A stretch of 64,000 bases of DNA. It comes from Bacteroidaceae bacterium (GTDB lineage: Bacteria > Bacteroidota > Bacteroidia > Bacteroidales > Bacteroidaceae). The notes beneath the pieces were generated by a model. It saw nothing but the letters and a program-made list of their open reading frames with translations. It had not been told where the DNA came from and did not search any database. The stretch spans positions 23,166 through 87,165 of the forward strand of contig JAZLHP010000060.1 in NCBI GenBank assembly GCA_045616905.1, given 5' to 3'. The position numbers and the translations under genes are program-made. Numbering within the stretch: the stretch's first letter is position 1; every line of letters starts with the position of its first letter. This document shows positions 63,377 through 64,000 of the stretch, piece after piece.

Positions 63377-64000
63377 ATGACAAAAATTCTTTTTATTGTG
63401 ACATTCTTTATGTCACTATTCTGTACAAATGCTGTTGCACAGGATATGATTGTGGACAAACGCAATATAGAGTTAGACATCCGTGAGTTTATTCATCCAT
63501 ACTCGCAAGTCAGAGTGAGTAAATACGTAAAGTATAAAGGATTGTACTTCATTGCTCTGAAAGAGAGAATCATGGGTGAGGTAGCTTTAGAGTATGACCA
63601 TATAGTTGTCTATTCACCATCTGACGGAAAGTTTGAACTGGTGTACAAACCCAATGATCTTCGTCTTGATGGCGATAAATCAAAGCGTAAATTTTACGTG
63701 CGTAACGACTCGCTCATTGTAGGTAAAGCATACGACGAGAATCGTTATCTATGTATAGAGCAAGACAAGATACACCCATGGGATAACGACTCAGTATGGA
63801 TGGTGAAGGATGCTGTAACGCCATCTAATGTAATCTTTGAAGATAAGGATTTCACCATAAAGCGCACAGACATAGGAGAATGGGGACGATACCTCAGTTT
63901 TGTGGAGAAAGGGAAGAAACACACAGAGCACCTTTATCGCACAGATGCAATTCACATCTTCAGGATGGCTGATGGTTATTATCTGCCAATGAGATATTCA
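63377..64000 (+). CDS. Hypothetical secreted protein, 3' end outside window
   Basis: Not in the ORF track because it has no stop within the window. I translated it by hand from ATG 63377 and found 208 codons with no stop. Signal peptide MTKILFIVTFFMSLFCTNAVAQ. Confidence 0.55.
   Translation, partial: MTKILFIVTFFMSLFCTNAVAQDMIVDKRNIELDIREFIHPYSQVRVSKYVKYKGLYFIALKERIMGEVALEYDHIVVYSPSDGKFELVYKPNDLRLDGDKSKRKFYVRNDSLIVGKAYDENRYLCIEQDKIHPWDNDSVWMVKDAVTPSNVIFEDKDFTIKRTDIGEWGRYLSFVEKGKKHTEHLYRTDAIHIFRMADGYYLPMRYS

Noticed and set aside
1-64000. Search for rRNA, tRNA, tmRNA, RNase P, CRISPR arrays, transposases, integrases, phage or conjugation genes, and toxin-antitoxin or known defence systems
   Set aside because: I saw no tRNA-like T-arm (GGTTCGAATCC-type) motifs and no regularly spaced 25-40-nt repeats. 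No DDE, serine- or tyrosine-recombinase signatures appear in any ORF. The repeat families found are short and non-CRISPR-like.

Overview
The window looks like a chromosomal segment of a Bacteroidota genome, probably Prevotellaceae. Evidence for this: recurrent TAnnTTTG -7 promoter boxes, no Shine-Dalgarno sequences, and three genes ending in type IX secretion (T9SS) C-terminal sorting domains. I support about 50 protein-coding genes. I found no rRNA, tRNA, CRISPR array, transposase or integrase.

Gene content, left to right:
- 1-522: 3' end of alr.
- 973-9340 (+): compact glycan-modification locus with an acyltransferase-3, a GT14, a nucleotidyltransferase/aminotransferase-fold fusion, an opine-dehydrogenase-like/LicD fusion, Wzx and a GnT-I-like GT.
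- 9341-19876 (-): a minus-strand block with a TrmH-like methylase, a secreted protein, a GT2, CotH with a T9SS CTD, a PorZ-like propeller with a CTD, prmC and a 1190-aa T9SS cargo protein.
- 19877-20928: a 1.05-kb AT-rich ORF-free gap holding a DnaA-box cluster.
- 20929-64000: myo-inositol-1-phosphate synthase, a lipoprotein/beta-barrel/small-ORF operon, ribD, ybeY-ctp, coaD-parE, a GNAT, ompA-family, purL, a chrA pair, a split M16 peptidase, a PfkB kinase plus DEAD-box helicase, a GH53-GH43 fusion, RNase H1, an EEP nuclease, polA, a polyprenyl synthase, deoC, dtd, uvrC, apt, mnmG, then a low-GC accessory-looking trio (membrane TPR-HTH regulator, BspA-type LRR-DUF4419 protein, a secreted protein truncated at the window end).

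Most interesting observations:
1. A candidate replication origin at about 20.3-20.9 kb. It has seven DnaA-box-like 9-mers, an A/T tract, and a G/C-skew sign flip in my hand-counted samples. No dnaA lies nearby.
2. A fused four-domain module resembling the pneumococcal CDP-2-glycerol (gtp1-3 plus LicD) pathway.
3. A repeated three-part inverted-repeat element (about 85-105 bp) that carries promoter-like boxes in two divergent intergenic regions.
4. Several intergenic degenerate tracts with a 7-8-nt period, and other short repeat or palindrome families.
5. A dense GAGCTGGCTC inverted/direct repeat cluster upstream of the RNase H gene.
6. An M16 peptidase split at its domain boundary.

All functional calls come from motif recognition by eye. 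No database searches were run.
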